Shown in pieces: positions 1 through 10,808 of a stretch of 64,000 nucleotides of DNA. The stretch is from assembly GCA_048939995.1 (NCBI GenBank), contig JBHLOY010000013.1, positions 1 to 64,000 on the forward strand, given 5' to 3'. Each line of letters starts with the position of its first letter. Positions within the stretch are counted from its first letter, which is position 1. Under the pieces are notes generated by a model. The model was not told the origin of the DNA. It did no database searches and worked only from the letters and a program-made list of their open reading frames with translations. The position numbers and the translations under genes are program-made. Source of the DNA: Promethearchaeota archaeon. Lineage in GTDB: Archaea > Asgardarchaeota > Lokiarchaeia > Sigyniarchaeales > SOKP01.

Positions 1-548
1 CTATTTGCAATCCATATTAATACTAATAAAATGATAACATATCCTCCAATAAAGGAATATCTTATTTTGTTTGCCTCAGATTTCGTTTTTTTACCTTTCG
101 ATCGCAATTCTATGAACACTAGTAATGCTTCTAAACCAATGTAGAGAATGGGAAGTATATTGATTATTATTACCGTATATCGGATTTTCATTAAAAGTAA
201 TCTTAGATTATCAAATGATCCGCTTAGCCACAATAAATTTAAAAGTACATCGAATATTTTGCCAAATACCCAGATTCCAAAGAATGAGCCAAAACAGAAA
301 TAAGCATCTGTCATATAGATTGCTTCTTGTTTGAACCATCTCTGATATAAAAAGAGGCTCATTGCTGCTAAGATCGCAATTTTGATAGGATAAATTAGAA
401 TCCCTAAAATTAAATTATTTATGACAATTACATTGTAGATTATATCCCAAAAAAGCCAAAATAACGTCGTAAAGGTACCTAATAAGACTATTACTATGCT
501 AAAAATGGAGATCTTAAAGTTTCTAAACCTAACGTATTGAGCCCACAT
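1..548 (-). CDS. Multi-pass membrane protein, partial (runs off window start)
   Basis: Not in ORF track. Own translation from ATG at 548: MWAQYVRFRNFKISIFSIVIVLLGTFTTLFW... stays open to position 1, with several hydrophobic helices. Confidence 0.7.
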   Translation of the reverse strand, partial: MWAQYVRFRNFKISIFSIVIVLLGTFTTLFWLFWDIIYNVIVINNLILGILIYPIKIAILAAMSLFLYQRWFKQEAIYMTDAYFCFGSFFGIWVFGKIFDVLLNLLWLSGSFDNLRLLLMKIRYTVIIINILPILYIGLEALLVFIELRSKGKKTKSEANKIRYSFIGGYVIILLVLIWIAN

Positions 549-704
549 TTAGATCCTTTTTATAGAAAATTTTTCTTGTCTTTTCTCTAGATCTAGTTTT
601 AAAAATTCAATGATTTTTTATACAAGAATGAGGAAAAGTTTTTCTAAATTTAGGATCCATTTGACCAAAAAGCAAGAGAGTCTATTTGGGTGGGACAATT
701 GAAG

Positions 705-1637
705 TTAACTTTTATTAAGAAAGGCGCCTAAATTTCGAGGAAATAGTTCTAGATACTCTACTAAATCATAATCTTTTATCTTCTTAATAGTTAGTTTGGG
801 AAGTTGATCCAATTGTTTTCCTTGAAGGATTAAATTAGTTTCTTCCTCTGAAAATGTAGGACCAATTTCAATCCGAGAAATAACCTTTTTATTTGCAGGG
901 CATACCTTTTGGCAATGAAGACAGCCAACTAAGCAATTATGCCAGCTAGAGTCTATCCATTCCGGGAAGCTTATTTCGGGAGGATGTTCATTATGGTAAG
1001 TAAGGCATTTCTCAGCACGTAAGAGAAATCTATCTGTTGGAATCGCCCCAGTTGGACAATTCCGTATGCAAGCTGAACATTTCTCGCAAAGATCCATCAT
1101 CTGATGTTTACTCCAGCTATCTTGTTGTAGTGGAAAATCAGAATAATAAGCTGAAAGACGATGAAAACTTCCCATATGGTTAACATAAGTAATATTATTT
1201 TTCCCATATTGAGTTAAGCCACTATGTACTGATAAGGTTTTCATAGGTATCCTCGCATATGCTACATTATAACCTTCTGGTGATAAGATAGAAGTTAAAA
1301 AGTCTCGTAATTTATCAATTATTTCCCGACCTTGTAAATATGTAGGAGGAATAAGCAATGGAAGCTCTTTCTGGTTGTAATGAAAGATAACTCTTGTTGA
1401 AGGGTGGGGATGCGCTATAATAAAAATAGAATTAATCCGAAAATCAGTATTAGGTGTAGTTTCAAGAAATGTCTTATATTCTTCATAAAATTCTAAATTA
1501 AAAAGCTGATTGGTTCGATGACCTTGAATTTCTGCATTTATATCAGTAATATGATTTCCAGAAACAATCCTTCCTTTACAACCAATAGCCTTTAAACCTT
1601 CATGAAAATCTGCTATTATTTTAGATTCAGTATTCAT
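705..1637 (-). CDS. Epoxyqueuosine reductase (QueG)-like 4Fe-4S dicluster protein
   Basis: CEKCSACIRNCP and CVGCLHCQKVCP motifs; GLTQYGKNNI...GSF segment typical of QueG-like proteins. Confidence 0.75.
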   Translation of the reverse strand: MNTESKIIADFHEGLKAIGCKGRIVSGNHITDINAEIQGHRTNQLFNLEFYEEYKTFLETTPNTDFRINSIFIIAHPHPSTRVIFHYNQKELPLLIPPTYLQGREIIDKLRDFLTSILSPEGYNVAYARIPMKTLSVHSGLTQYGKNNITYVNHMGSFHRLSAYYSDFPLQQDSWSKHQMMDLCEKCSACIRNCPTGAIPTDRFLLRAEKCLTYHNEHPPEISFPEWIDSSWHNCLVGCLHCQKVCPANKKVISRIEIGPTFSEEETNLILQGKQLDQLPKLTIKKIKDYDLVEYLELFPRNLGAFLNKS

Positions 1638-1710
1638 GGCTTAGTTAATAGGATAGAGGTAAACTTATAAAATTTACACTTTATAAAAAAAAGAGAAGAA
1701 TTTGAAGTGA

Positions 1711-2583
1711 TTATTTTTTTATTTTCTTCCAGATGTAACCATGTACGTCAAATAAAATCAAAAGGGCAATCAAGGATGTTATTAAGCAAAATATCAGTAG
1801 ATCTAAATCTGTGGGAACGTGTCCGAATAACCATTCAAGATTTATCACAAAATTACGCAACCAAGGCCATTCCCCAGGAAGTGGTTGACCATTCAGAAAA
1901 TAATAAAGAAAATCTTCTAAAGTACTAAATTGTAATAGTGTCCCCGCTACAAATATGTTCCAGCTTTGCCTTTTAGAACCTCCTCCTAGTTTCCAACCGA
2001 TGGCAATAATTAAATAAAAAAAGGTCATTAGTAATCCCCAGAACGACATATAATAAATTGTTTTATCAATTGGATCAACCCCTAATCCTTGCTGTATCCA
2101 TATATCATCAATTGTGAAATTAACGAGAATTCCTATTGGGACAATAACAAGGGTAAACAGAACGATTAATATTAAAAATTGGTGTTTAAGAGATTTAGGT
2201 TGTAGAAAAAAAGCAGGAATCATTCCGAATAAGATTAACTGTACATATAAAAAAAGTCCAGGTGGAATACCGATACCTACATAGAATATAATTGGTATGC
2301 CATTAGCAATTAAAAATAGAATGAGTGCGATTATAAACCATTTCTTATCCGTATTACTTCTTTCTTGTATTTTATTACCTGCTAGGAAGAGAAATCCAAT
2401 GGGTACTAATATCCCTAGAATTAATAGAAAGATTAACCAATAGAGGCGTACAGCAAGTCCTACTTCTGGATGCTCAGCGGCCCAATCTACCATAGCAGTT
2501 AGTATTATCACAACAATAAAAATTACAAGAATTATCAATTTGGTTTTCCAAGAATCAAAATTTTTTTCAGACATTTCGATCAT
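1711..2583 (-). CDS. Hypothetical multi-pass membrane protein
   Basis: 290 aa, ~8 hydrophobic segments; LEDFLYY...LPGEWPW motif. Confidence 0.7.
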   Translation of the reverse strand: MIEMSEKNFDSWKTKLIILVIFIVVIILTAMVDWAAEHPEVGLAVRLYWLIFLLILGILVPIGFLFLAGNKIQERSNTDKKWFIIALILFLIANGIPIIFYVGIGIPPGLFLYVQLILFGMIPAFFLQPKSLKHQFLILIVLFTLVIVPIGILVNFTIDDIWIQQGLGVDPIDKTIYYMSFWGLLMTFFYLIIAIGWKLGGGSKRQSWNIFVAGTLLQFSTLEDFLYYFLNGQPLPGEWPWLRNFVINLEWLFGHVPTDLDLLIFCLITSLIALLILFDVHGYIWKKIKK

Positions 2584-2733
2584 AATTTATGCTTTAAATA
2601 TTATGATACTCCCTATATTATAAAATTAGACCTTTTCACGATTATTTAGAAATTGACAATTTAATATAAATAAGCTCAAATAAGATGTTAAATAAATAAA
2701 GATAGTTCTTTCATTTGATTACGGGGATAGACG

Positions 2734-3912
2734 TTGCTAAGTATAAAAATGAAGTCAAAAAACAATGACTCATTTAAGTTTCCCTTTCTTGGATATATAG
2801 GGTATGGAGCAACTAAATTTTTCGATTCATTCAAATCCTTTTCATTTTTGCTTGATAAATTTGAATCTATGTATTTAACCATAGATCTAGAGAATGTAGT
2901 TATCGACAGACCAGTTTATATCACTGGGCTTGCTCGTGCTGGTACAACTATAACGTTAGAAATGTTGAGTAAACACCCAGATTTGAGCTCTCATCAGTAT
3001 AAAAATTTGCTTATGCCTTATCTGCCTCATTGGTTTAGTTTGTTCATAGAAAAATTAAAGATTTATACAAAACCTTTTGAACGAATCCATATGGATGGGA
3101 TACTAATTACACATGAAAGTCCTGAAGCTGTAGAAGAGATATTTTGGCAAAAATTTTTTGAGAATCTTCACAATGAAAAATCATCAAATATTCTTGATAG
3201 AAGAACAACTAATCCTAAGTTTGAAAATTTTTATCAAAATCATATTCGAAAGCTTTTAATTGATCAAAATAAACCTCGTTATGTAGCCAAAAATAATTAT
3301 CACGTTTCAAGGTTTGAATATTTACTTAAACTCTTTCCAGATGTAAAATTCTTGCTAATTATTCGTAATCCAGTTAATCAGATTGCGTCTCTAATCAAAC
3401 AGATAAAACTTTTTATGAGAATTGAGTGTAAAGCGCCATTATTGCAAGAATGGTTTAGATTGATTGGGCATTATGAGTTTGGTCATCATCAAGTTTGTAT
3501 AAATGTAGGTAATACAGACGTTATACGTAAAATTCGTATGTTGTGGACAAAGAAAGAGACCTATGTAAAAGGTTGGGCATACTATTGGAATTCTATATAT
3601 GAATATCTTGCAGATAATCTTGAAAAGAACAGAAAGTTTAGAAAGGCAACTTTAATTATAAATTACGATGAACTTTGTGAAAATCCTGATGGAATAATAG
3701 CCAAAATTCTCGAACATACCGAACTTTCTGTTGAAAAATTTGAAAGAGTTAGAAAGTATTATATTGACCACCTACATGTACCAAACTATTATAAACCAGA
3801 CTTTTCTCAACAAGAACTTGCAGAAATATCTGAAATCACGAAGAAAACTGCTTCTCGATTTGGGATAAAAAACACTTTAATCAACTTTTACCAACAACAA
3901 GGATCAAAGTAA
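2734..3912 (+). CDS. Sulfotransferase family protein
   Basis: PAPS-binding PVYITGLARAGTT loop, KNNYH, IIRNP motifs; true start may be ATG at 2749. Confidence 0.85.
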   Translation: MLSIKMKSKNNDSFKFPFLGYIGYGATKFFDSFKSFSFLLDKFESMYLTIDLENVVIDRPVYITGLARAGTTITLEMLSKHPDLSSHQYKNLLMPYLPHWFSLFIEKLKIYTKPFERIHMDGILITHESPEAVEEIFWQKFFENLHNEKSSNILDRRTTNPKFENFYQNHIRKLLIDQNKPRYVAKNNYHVSRFEYLLKLFPDVKFLLIIRNPVNQIASLIKQIKLFMRIECKAPLLQEWFRLIGHYEFGHHQVCINVGNTDVIRKIRMLWTKKETYVKGWAYYWNSIYEYLADNLEKNRKFRKATLIINYDELCENPDGIIAKILEHTELSVEKFERVRKYYIDHLHVPNYYKPDFSQQELAEISEITKKTASRFGIKNTLINFYQQQGSK

Positions 3913-4364
3913 TCTTTATATTTTTGAATCCAAGGACAGATTGTATATTTTGTATAATCTTCAGTTATCTCTTCTCCTTCTTGAATGTCTTTAAGAGATA
4001 CCGAACAAAATCCATTCTCATCTTCAGAAGCACCAGAGTTAGCATTAAGAGAATGATTTACATAACGAGAATTATCTAAACAAAAAATCAGAGCATCAAG
4101 CTCTCTCTCATAATAAGAGTAAGTTAATAATGTTTGGATATAATTCTCCATTTTTAATGACTTTTGAGAATCGTCAAGTGTTAAAAATTGTTTTTTTGTT
4201 ATAATTAGGACATCTTGTGGACGAGCATGCCACCATATTGTCCCTTTTGGAATTAAATCTTTCGCGAATAATCCTAATCCATGAATCGGGCTTGATCCTA
4301 CTCTTGTGTATTGTTCAACGGGATTATCCTTTTTTCGATTGTAAGGGATTTCAGTATAAGGCAT
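3888..4364 (-). CDS. SET-domain protein (lysine methyltransferase-like)
   Basis: SPIHGLGLFA, RYVNHS and IQEGEEITEDY SET motifs; 3' end overlaps the convergent sulfotransferase by 25 nt. Confidence 0.85.
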   Translation of the reverse strand: MPYTEIPYNRKKDNPVEQYTRVGSSPIHGLGLFAKDLIPKGTIWWHARPQDVLIITKKQFLTLDDSQKSLKMENYIQTLLTYSYYERELDALIFCLDNSRYVNHSLNANSGASEDENGFCSVSLKDIQEGEEITEDYTKYTICPWIQKYKDYFDPCCW

Positions 4365-4417
4365 AATTATTAATTCTTCCTTTAAAAATCAATATATTAT
4401 TATTTCTAATGAATTAT

Positions 4418-4555
4418 TTATTTAGAAATTTGTTTCTCATTATCTTTTATTTCTTCAATTATTTCTCTAAAAACGCGATTATAATATTCTTTTGGAAATA
4501 ATGGATGAATTTCTATATTTTCATCCAAAAATTTTCTTTCTTTAAGTTGATGCAT
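4418..4555 (-). CDS. Small hypothetical protein (45 aa)
   Basis: MHQLKERKFLDENIEIHPLFPKEYYNRVFREIIEEIKDNEKQISK*, preceded by GAGAGG RBS-like motif; co-oriented with its neighbours. Confidence 0.35.
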   Translation of the reverse strand: MHQLKERKFLDENIEIHPLFPKEYYNRVFREIIEEIKDNEKQISK

Positions 4556-4686
4556 AAAATTAACCTCTCAGTTTTAAATTTTTATCCCTAACTCTTATAA
4601 TTTCTAATCCTATTTAAAAGAAAATGGTAAAATTCTGAAGTATAAAATAGTCAAAGTCAAATTAGATTTAAGACTAAAAACTTATT

Positions 4687-5529
4687 TCATAAATTTGTCA
4701 ATTTAGCACTGATTTCCCATAATTTTTTCGCTTCTTCTTCATTGTAAGAGTCTTCAGAAGATTCTTTCGGTTTTTTATTCACAAAATATTTTCCAGTTAT
4801 CCCTTCAACTTCAGGTGATGAAGCAAGATATATTGAAGTTTCTGCGCCCTTTCTTGGCTTCTTAAAAAAAGCTTTTGCAAACAATTGAGAAAAAGCTGAT
4901 TGATCGCGCCCTAAATTGGTATTCACAACACCAGGATGGACTGCATTTACAGTCACTCCTGTACCATTTAATTTTCTACTTAGTTCGTAAGTGAACATTG
5001 TTACAGCTAATTTTGATACTCCATATACTTTGAAAGCACGATAATTTTTATTCTCACATTGGAGATCATCGAAATCCAGAGTTGCATTTTTGTGAAGGGC
5101 CGAACTGATGTTAATTATTCGACTTGGAGCACTAGTTTTCAACACATCAAGTAACAGATTTGAAATTAGAAATGGAGCAAGATAATTAACTGCAAAATTC
5201 ATTTCAATTGCATCACACGATAATTGGCGCTCAGATCGCATTAAACCAGCATTGTTAATTAACACATTCAATTTTTGATATTTTTGCTTAAATTCTGATA
5301 CAAGTTTACGAATTTGATCTTGAGATGATAAATCACATAGTAATAAATCTATGTTCCGATTCCCTGTATATTCGATAATTTCTTTTTGGGCTTCTTCTCC
5401 GCGTTCTTTATTTCGACAAACCATAACTACAGTAGCCCCCATTTCTGCTAATCCCATAGCAGTGGCTTTTCCAATCCCTGAATTTGCTCCAGTAATCATG
5501 CAAACTTTTCCTTCCATACTAATAATCAA
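4687..5529 (-). CDS. Short-chain dehydrogenase/reductase (retinol-DH-like)
   Basis: TGANSGIG, NNAG, YGVSK, HPG motifs. Confidence 0.9.
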   Translation of the reverse strand: MIISMEGKVCMITGANSGIGKATAMGLAEMGATVVMVCRNKERGEEAQKEIIEYTGNRNIDLLLCDLSSQDQIRKLVSEFKQKYQKLNVLINNAGLMRSERQLSCDAIEMNFAVNYLAPFLISNLLLDVLKTSAPSRIINISSALHKNATLDFDDLQCENKNYRAFKVYGVSKLAVTMFTYELSRKLNGTGVTVNAVHPGVVNTNLGRDQSAFSQLFAKAFFKKPRKGAETSIYLASSPEVEGITGKYFVNKKPKESSEDSYNEEEAKKLWEISAKLTNL

Positions 5530-5806
5530 ACACCATCAGTATTTTTTCATATTCAATTTGAGAATAATCTTATTCTATGATTAAAAAATTTAGTTCTTAT
5601 AAAATAAAATAAGACTGTTATAATTCAAGCTCTAAAAAATTCTAAATCAATTTATATTTTATTAGGATTTTAGAGTTTTCTAATGTCCTATAAAAAATAA
5701 TTACTGAATCTTATTTATAATCGTTAAACCGTAGAATTATATTATGTAATTAGGTTGTATTCCTAGTAGACAAATAAATACCCAAAAAAGTAAAGGTGTC
5801 AATATT

Positions 5807-7057
5807 ATGCCAAAGAATTATGTAATTATAGGAGGGGGCCCTGCCGGTGCGAATGCTGCTGAAAAGTTAAGAGAACTAGAACCTTCGGCAGAAATAACTC
5901 TAATATCTGATGAAAATTATACTTATTACAAGCGAAGCAAAATAATTAATTTGATATCAAATAGTTGCACAGAAGAAGACCTTTTTTTGAAAGGTAATAA
6001 TTTTTATGAAAAATTGAGAATTAATTTTAAAAATGGATATGTTAAAAAAGTCAATCCCAATAACAATCAAATCGTGTTAGAAGATAACTCAACATTAAAT
6101 TATGACTCTTTATTAATAGCTTCTGGTGGAACTCCTTTAATTTTACCATGGGAAGGAGTTAACCTTAAAGGAATATCTACTCTATATTCTTTAAAAGATG
6201 CAAAAGAAGTAGCAAAGAACATCTGTAAGGCTAAACATGCGGTAATTATTGGAGGGGGTTCTATCGCAATAAAAGCGGTAAAAAATTTTATAAAAGCAGG
6301 TTTAAAAGTTTCTATTATAGAAAAAAGCTCACATCTATGGCCTATTGGATTTGATCGAAAAATTTCTAGAATTTTTGAAAGAGAATTCATTGATCGTGGA
6401 GCTGATCTTTATTTTAATGATGAAGTGGTCAGATTTAATGGCGAGAATGGAGAAGTTAGATCTGTTACTTTAAAAAGCTCTCAGGAGATTCCTGCCGAAC
6501 TTGTTGTCATAACAATAGGAATACGTCCTAATATTGATTTTATAAAAGATACAAATATTAAAATAGACAAGGGTATTATAGTCGATAAGCATTTGGTAAC
6601 TAACATTTCTAATATATTTGCTGCAGGAGATGTCGCTCAAACTGAAGATCCTCTTTATCAAAGTCCTATACTCCATTCAACCTGGGGAAATGCGAAAAAG
6701 CAAGGTAAAATTGCTGCTGAAAATATGGTTGGAAATAGTATAGAATATAAAGGAACAATTCCAATACAAACAATTAAAGGATTCGATTTTCAAGCAATTG
6801 CGGCAGGAATTACGCATTCCAAAAAGAGTTTTGATGAAATCTCATGGGTTTCATTTCAAGAGAGCTTTTGTAGGAAGTTCGTCCTTGATAAGGATAACTT
6901 GATTGGAGTATTAATTCTAGGAAGAAATATAGACAAAAAGCAGTTAAAACCGCTGATTAAGAAAGCTGTTTTTAACAAATCGAATATAAGTGACTACAAA
7001 ACTGATATTTTAAAAGAAGGATTTGATTTTAATAAGATTTTATCTAATACCAATTGA
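5807..7057 (+). CDS. NAD(P)/FAD-dependent oxidoreductase (NirB/rubredoxin reductase-like)
   Basis: GGGPAG FAD motif, second Rossmann IIGGGSIA, TNISNIFAAGD. Confidence 0.85.
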   Translation: MPKNYVIIGGGPAGANAAEKLRELEPSAEITLISDENYTYYKRSKIINLISNSCTEEDLFLKGNNFYEKLRINFKNGYVKKVNPNNNQIVLEDNSTLNYDSLLIASGGTPLILPWEGVNLKGISTLYSLKDAKEVAKNICKAKHAVIIGGGSIAIKAVKNFIKAGLKVSIIEKSSHLWPIGFDRKISRIFEREFIDRGADLYFNDEVVRFNGENGEVRSVTLKSSQEIPAELVVITIGIRPNIDFIKDTNIKIDKGIIVDKHLVTNISNIFAAGDVAQTEDPLYQSPILHSTWGNAKKQGKIAAENMVGNSIEYKGTIPIQTIKGFDFQAIAAGITHSKKSFDEISWVSFQESFCRKFVLDKDNLIGVLILGRNIDKKQLKPLIKKAVFNKSNISDYKTDILKEGFDFNKILSNTN

Positions 7058-7072
7058 TTAATAGAAATTGGT

Positions 7073-7999
7073 TTATAGAGTAATCTTTAATTTATTTAAT
7101 AGAGAAATCACAAAATCATCAATAAATTCTGTTATTCCCAACTGTTCTTCAAAATATTGGAAAAACAGTTGTTTTAATTCAGAATAAAGAAATTGTCGAT
7201 CTATTGAGTCTGCATCCTTTTTATTGTAGATACTCTCTAAAGCTAAAAATTTCAATCTATTGAAGACTAACTCAAACATTAAATTGATAAAGGTATTATT
7301 AATAAACCTTTCATCATCTTTGCTTAATTCATAATATTCATAAATTACTTTGCTTCTTATTGTTTTAATTTCTACTAAATTCTTCTTTAGATCATCTGAT
7401 ATCTCTAAACCTTGTATTCTATCTAAAAATTTTTCATTACTTATTTTAGCCTCTTGGAGTTGATTGCTTTTCAATACATATGAATAAAATCTAATTAGGA
7501 ACTTAAATGAATCAATACTTTTTTCCTTCTTCCACATTTTATACAATTTTCCCCAGTGGGCTAACTTTATATCTTCAATAGCATTATAAATACTATTTTT
7601 TAGAAATTTGAGAAGCTTTTTATTATAAAATAAAGCATCGTTATAAGGTTGTTCATAATTATGAAAACTATATTCATAGATATTACCGTTTTCTTTAAAT
7701 TCTCTAAAATGGAAAAATGAGCTGAAATCTGTTAATAATTCTTTTTTTCCTACTTCTGCGGCAAATTTAATAATATATTTACATTTAGGGCAATAAGTTA
7801 CCCAAGAACGGCGAATAATGTTAATTGGACGAACATGGTTATTTGATTTCTTGAATTTAGGAATTTTAAATCTATAAATAGGAGCTTCAAGCTCATAGTT
7901 CATTTTTTCCCGATGAAAAAACTTGGGTACATACTTCTTGCCACACATTGGGCACATGATTTTGTTTTTCTCTGCAATTTCCAACATAATTTTAAGCAA
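7073..7999 (-). CDS. Hypothetical protein: Zn-ribbon plus helical (degenerate HEPN-like) domain
   Basis: CPMC...CPKC pairs; helical C-half with IKTIRSKVIYEYYELS. Confidence 0.55.
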   Translation of the reverse strand: MLKIMLEIAEKNKIMCPMCGKKYVPKFFHREKMNYELEAPIYRFKIPKFKKSNNHVRPINIIRRSWVTYCPKCKYIIKFAAEVGKKELLTDFSSFFHFREFKENGNIYEYSFHNYEQPYNDALFYNKKLLKFLKNSIYNAIEDIKLAHWGKLYKMWKKEKSIDSFKFLIRFYSYVLKSNQLQEAKISNEKFLDRIQGLEISDDLKKNLVEIKTIRSKVIYEYYELSKDDERFINNTFINLMFELVFNRLKFLALESIYNKKDADSIDRQFLYSELKQLFFQYFEEQLGITEFIDDFVISLLNKLKITL

Positions 8000-8235
8000 G
8001 GTTAGTTAAAATGCTATGTTAAGGTTATGAAAGGTAGTTTTTAATTGCATCGCTAATTTTTAAAATAATTAATTAATAATCAATAGGTTTAGTTTTAGGC
8101 GGTCTTTTATAACTTATAAATAATATTGAATCCCTATTTCCAAATTAAAGTCATTCTGCTGAAAGAATTTAGAAAACTAAAGAAAAATTTATTTAAACTA
8201 CAAAATCTTGATTAATCTACCAAAGGTGAACTTAG

Positions 8236-8724
8236 ATGGTACAATTAATTTCTAGAGAATTAAATGATTTAATGAATAAGCAAATCGTTGAAGAACTACG
8301 ATCAGCTTATATTTACTTAGGAATGGGTGCTTGGGCAATAGAAAAAGGCTTAAAAGGTCTTGCTGAATTTATGAAAACTCATGCTGAGAAAGAAGAGTAT
8401 AAACATGCTATGAAATTTGTCCATTACATAGAAGAAACAGGTGGGAAGGTAGAATATGGAACCATAGAGCAAGTTACTACTAATTATGAAAATGCAGAAG
8501 AAGTATTGAAGGCAGCGATTAAACATGAGGAGTTTATTACTAACAAGATTAAAGAACTTATGGATTTAGCTCAAAGTAAAAATGAATATTATGCCTACGA
8601 TCTATTAAATTGGTTTATTCAAGAACAAATTGAAGAGGAAAATCTATTTACTGATTTGTATAATAAGTTTCTGTTAAGTGGCAAAAACCTTGGAATTTGG
8701 GACCATCACATCAAGCATCCCTAA
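8236..8724 (+). CDS. ftnA: Non-heme ferritin
   Basis: NKQIVEELRSAYIYLGM, EEYKHAMKF, HEEFIT, WFIQEQIEEE ferroxidase motifs; GGTGA RBS. Confidence 0.9.
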   Translation: MVQLISRELNDLMNKQIVEELRSAYIYLGMGAWAIEKGLKGLAEFMKTHAEKEEYKHAMKFVHYIEETGGKVEYGTIEQVTTNYENAEEVLKAAIKHEEFITNKIKELMDLAQSKNEYYAYDLLNWFIQEQIEEENLFTDLYNKFLLSGKNLGIWDHHIKHP

Positions 8725-8764
8725 ACTAACAACTTTATTTTCTTTTTTTAATTTAATTTATTTT

Positions 8765-9403
8765 ATGACGCTTAGTTTTATGTATATTATCTGGGATTTT
8801 GATGGCACATTATTCAATACATATCCCTATATTGTTTCTGTAATTAATACTATTTTAAAAGATAATTACGACCTAAATTTAGATAGGAATCAGATTCAAG
8901 ATTGGTGTAAAATAAGCCTAAGATTTTTGTTTAAAAAATTAGAATCTGATTTTAAGGTCAATAAATCAGAATTTCAGAATCTCTTTAGTAAACAATATGT
9001 GGTAAATTTGGAAACTCAACAGCAACCTTATCCCGGAGTAGAAGAAGTTCTTCAACTTTTTCATAGAGAAGGAGGTAAAAACTTTATAGTCACTCATCGA
9101 GGCTCTAAAAGTCTATTTAGATTATTAGATTATTATAAGATTGAAACTCTCTTTGAAAAAGTAATAACCAATGAAGATAGATTTCCAAATAAACCAGATC
9201 CTGCGTCTTTTTTATACTTAATTAGTGAAAACAAAATACCAAAGGATGAAGTTTTAGCTGTTGGTGATAGAGCTATTGATGTTCAAACAGCAAACGCAAT
9301 TAAAATTAAATCTTGTTATTTCAATCCAGAAGGGAAAAGAGACGAATTAGCTGATTTTAATATAAAACATCTATTGGAATTGAAAGGAATTTTAAATTTA
9401 TGA
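8765..9403 (+). CDS. HAD-superfamily hydrolase (subfamily IA)
   Basis: WDFDGTL, VTH, KPDP, VGDRAID; start moved to ATG 8765 (or 8780) to avoid overlap with ferritin. Confidence 0.85.
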   Translation: MTLSFMYIIWDFDGTLFNTYPYIVSVINTILKDNYDLNLDRNQIQDWCKISLRFLFKKLESDFKVNKSEFQNLFSKQYVVNLETQQQPYPGVEEVLQLFHREGGKNFIVTHRGSKSLFRLLDYYKIETLFEKVITNEDRFPNKPDPASFLYLISENKIPKDEVLAVGDRAIDVQTANAIKIKSCYFNPEGKRDELADFNIKHLLELKGILNL

Positions 9404-9496
9404 ATTGAAATCATCTCTTAAAATTTATATCTCATTAAAATGATATAAATATCACTTAATAAGATATATAATAATATTTAGATTAAGGCCTTTATT

Positions 9497-10735
9497 TTGA
9501 TTTATGATTTAATAGTTATAGGCGCTGGTCCAGGTGGTTCTACAGCTGCTAAGGTTGCGGCAGATGGTGGGGCAAATGTTTTATTACTTGAGGCTGCTGA
9601 TGAGGGTCGTTATAAGTGTTGTGCTGGAGGAATTCCAGTTAGTAATGAAGTTTTTAGTGAAATTCCTCATGGTATTGGCGACCGAGAAATTACAGGCGGA
9701 GTATTAGTGACTCCCCAGAAGGAGATTATGGAATTCAAAGCTACTGGAGAGAAAAATAGGGGTTATTGTATGTTTCGAACAGACTTTGACAAATTTTTAG
9801 TAGATATTGCCCGAGATGCTGGGTCTCAAGTGAGGTATGATTTTTTTGTAAAAGCAATTGAGAAGAGCAAAAGTGAAGTAATTCTTAGGGGTCCTGAAGA
9901 ATATAGAGCAAGGTGCGTTATTATTGCTACTGGACTTGGAGGGGCAAAATTGCAGCGTCAAATTGGAATTGAAGTACCAACTTCAATAAATGCTATTCAA
10001 GCTGAGTTTGCCATACCTGAATCGAGTATCGATGAAGAATTTGGGAATCGTATCTGGGAATTTTTCGGTTACACCTCTGTTGATCATGGTCTCGCTTGGG
10101 CATTTCCAAAGATTGATGCTGTAAGTATAGGAATTCTAGGCAAGAGTCTAAAGATGAGAGATTTTGAGGAATTTCTTAATAATCCTATTATAAAAAATAA
10201 AATTGAAAACAGAAAGATGATAGAATTTGAAGGACGGAAGATATGGGCAGCACTTATTCCTGATCATCTTATTTCAAAACCATATAGTGATAGGATCATG
10301 GTCATTGGAGATGCATGTGGTACAGCAGATCCTATCTTATATGAAGGTATTTATCAAGCGAGGCTGTCAGGTAAACTTGCCGCAATTGTATTCAGTGGTG
10401 CTCTTGAACAGGATGATTTTGGAGAGGAATCCCTTTCTCAATATTATAATCTATTACTTAAGCTACTTTATGAAGAAGAATTGCGATATACGTATAAGAT
10501 TCATCACCTTTTATTCCACAGTGGATTATTAGGAAGTATTATTAATGCTTCTTATGCGATTGCTCAAGATGATCAAGAAATGATGCAATCACTCACAGCA
10601 ATGTTTTCAGGTTCTCAAACACGAAAACATATTTGGAGAGTTATGATGTCAAAAAAATGGAAACTTATGAAGCAGTTAGGAATTCGAAATAGTTTACGCT
10701 TAATACCTACTTTTATTCGCAGTTCATCAATTTAA
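9497..10735 (+). CDS. Geranylgeranyl reductase family FAD oxidoreductase
   Basis: GAGPGG, KCCAGG, RTDFDKFL, WAFPK, GDACGTADPILYEGI. Confidence 0.85.
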   Translation: MIYDLIVIGAGPGGSTAAKVAADGGANVLLLEAADEGRYKCCAGGIPVSNEVFSEIPHGIGDREITGGVLVTPQKEIMEFKATGEKNRGYCMFRTDFDKFLVDIARDAGSQVRYDFFVKAIEKSKSEVILRGPEEYRARCVIIATGLGGAKLQRQIGIEVPTSINAIQAEFAIPESSIDEEFGNRIWEFFGYTSVDHGLAWAFPKIDAVSIGILGKSLKMRDFEEFLNNPIIKNKIENRKMIEFEGRKIWAALIPDHLISKPYSDRIMVIGDACGTADPILYEGIYQARLSGKLAAIVFSGALEQDDFGEESLSQYYNLLLKLLYEEELRYTYKIHHLLFHSGLLGSIINASYAIAQDDQEMMQSLTAMFSGSQTRKHIWRVMMSKKWKLMKQLGIRNSLRLIPTFIRSSSI

Positions 10736-10808
10736 TGAAAATTTATATAGCTTAGATTTTACTTATAAATGATTATACATCAAACCATCATTTAAAAACT
10801 GAAATGTT

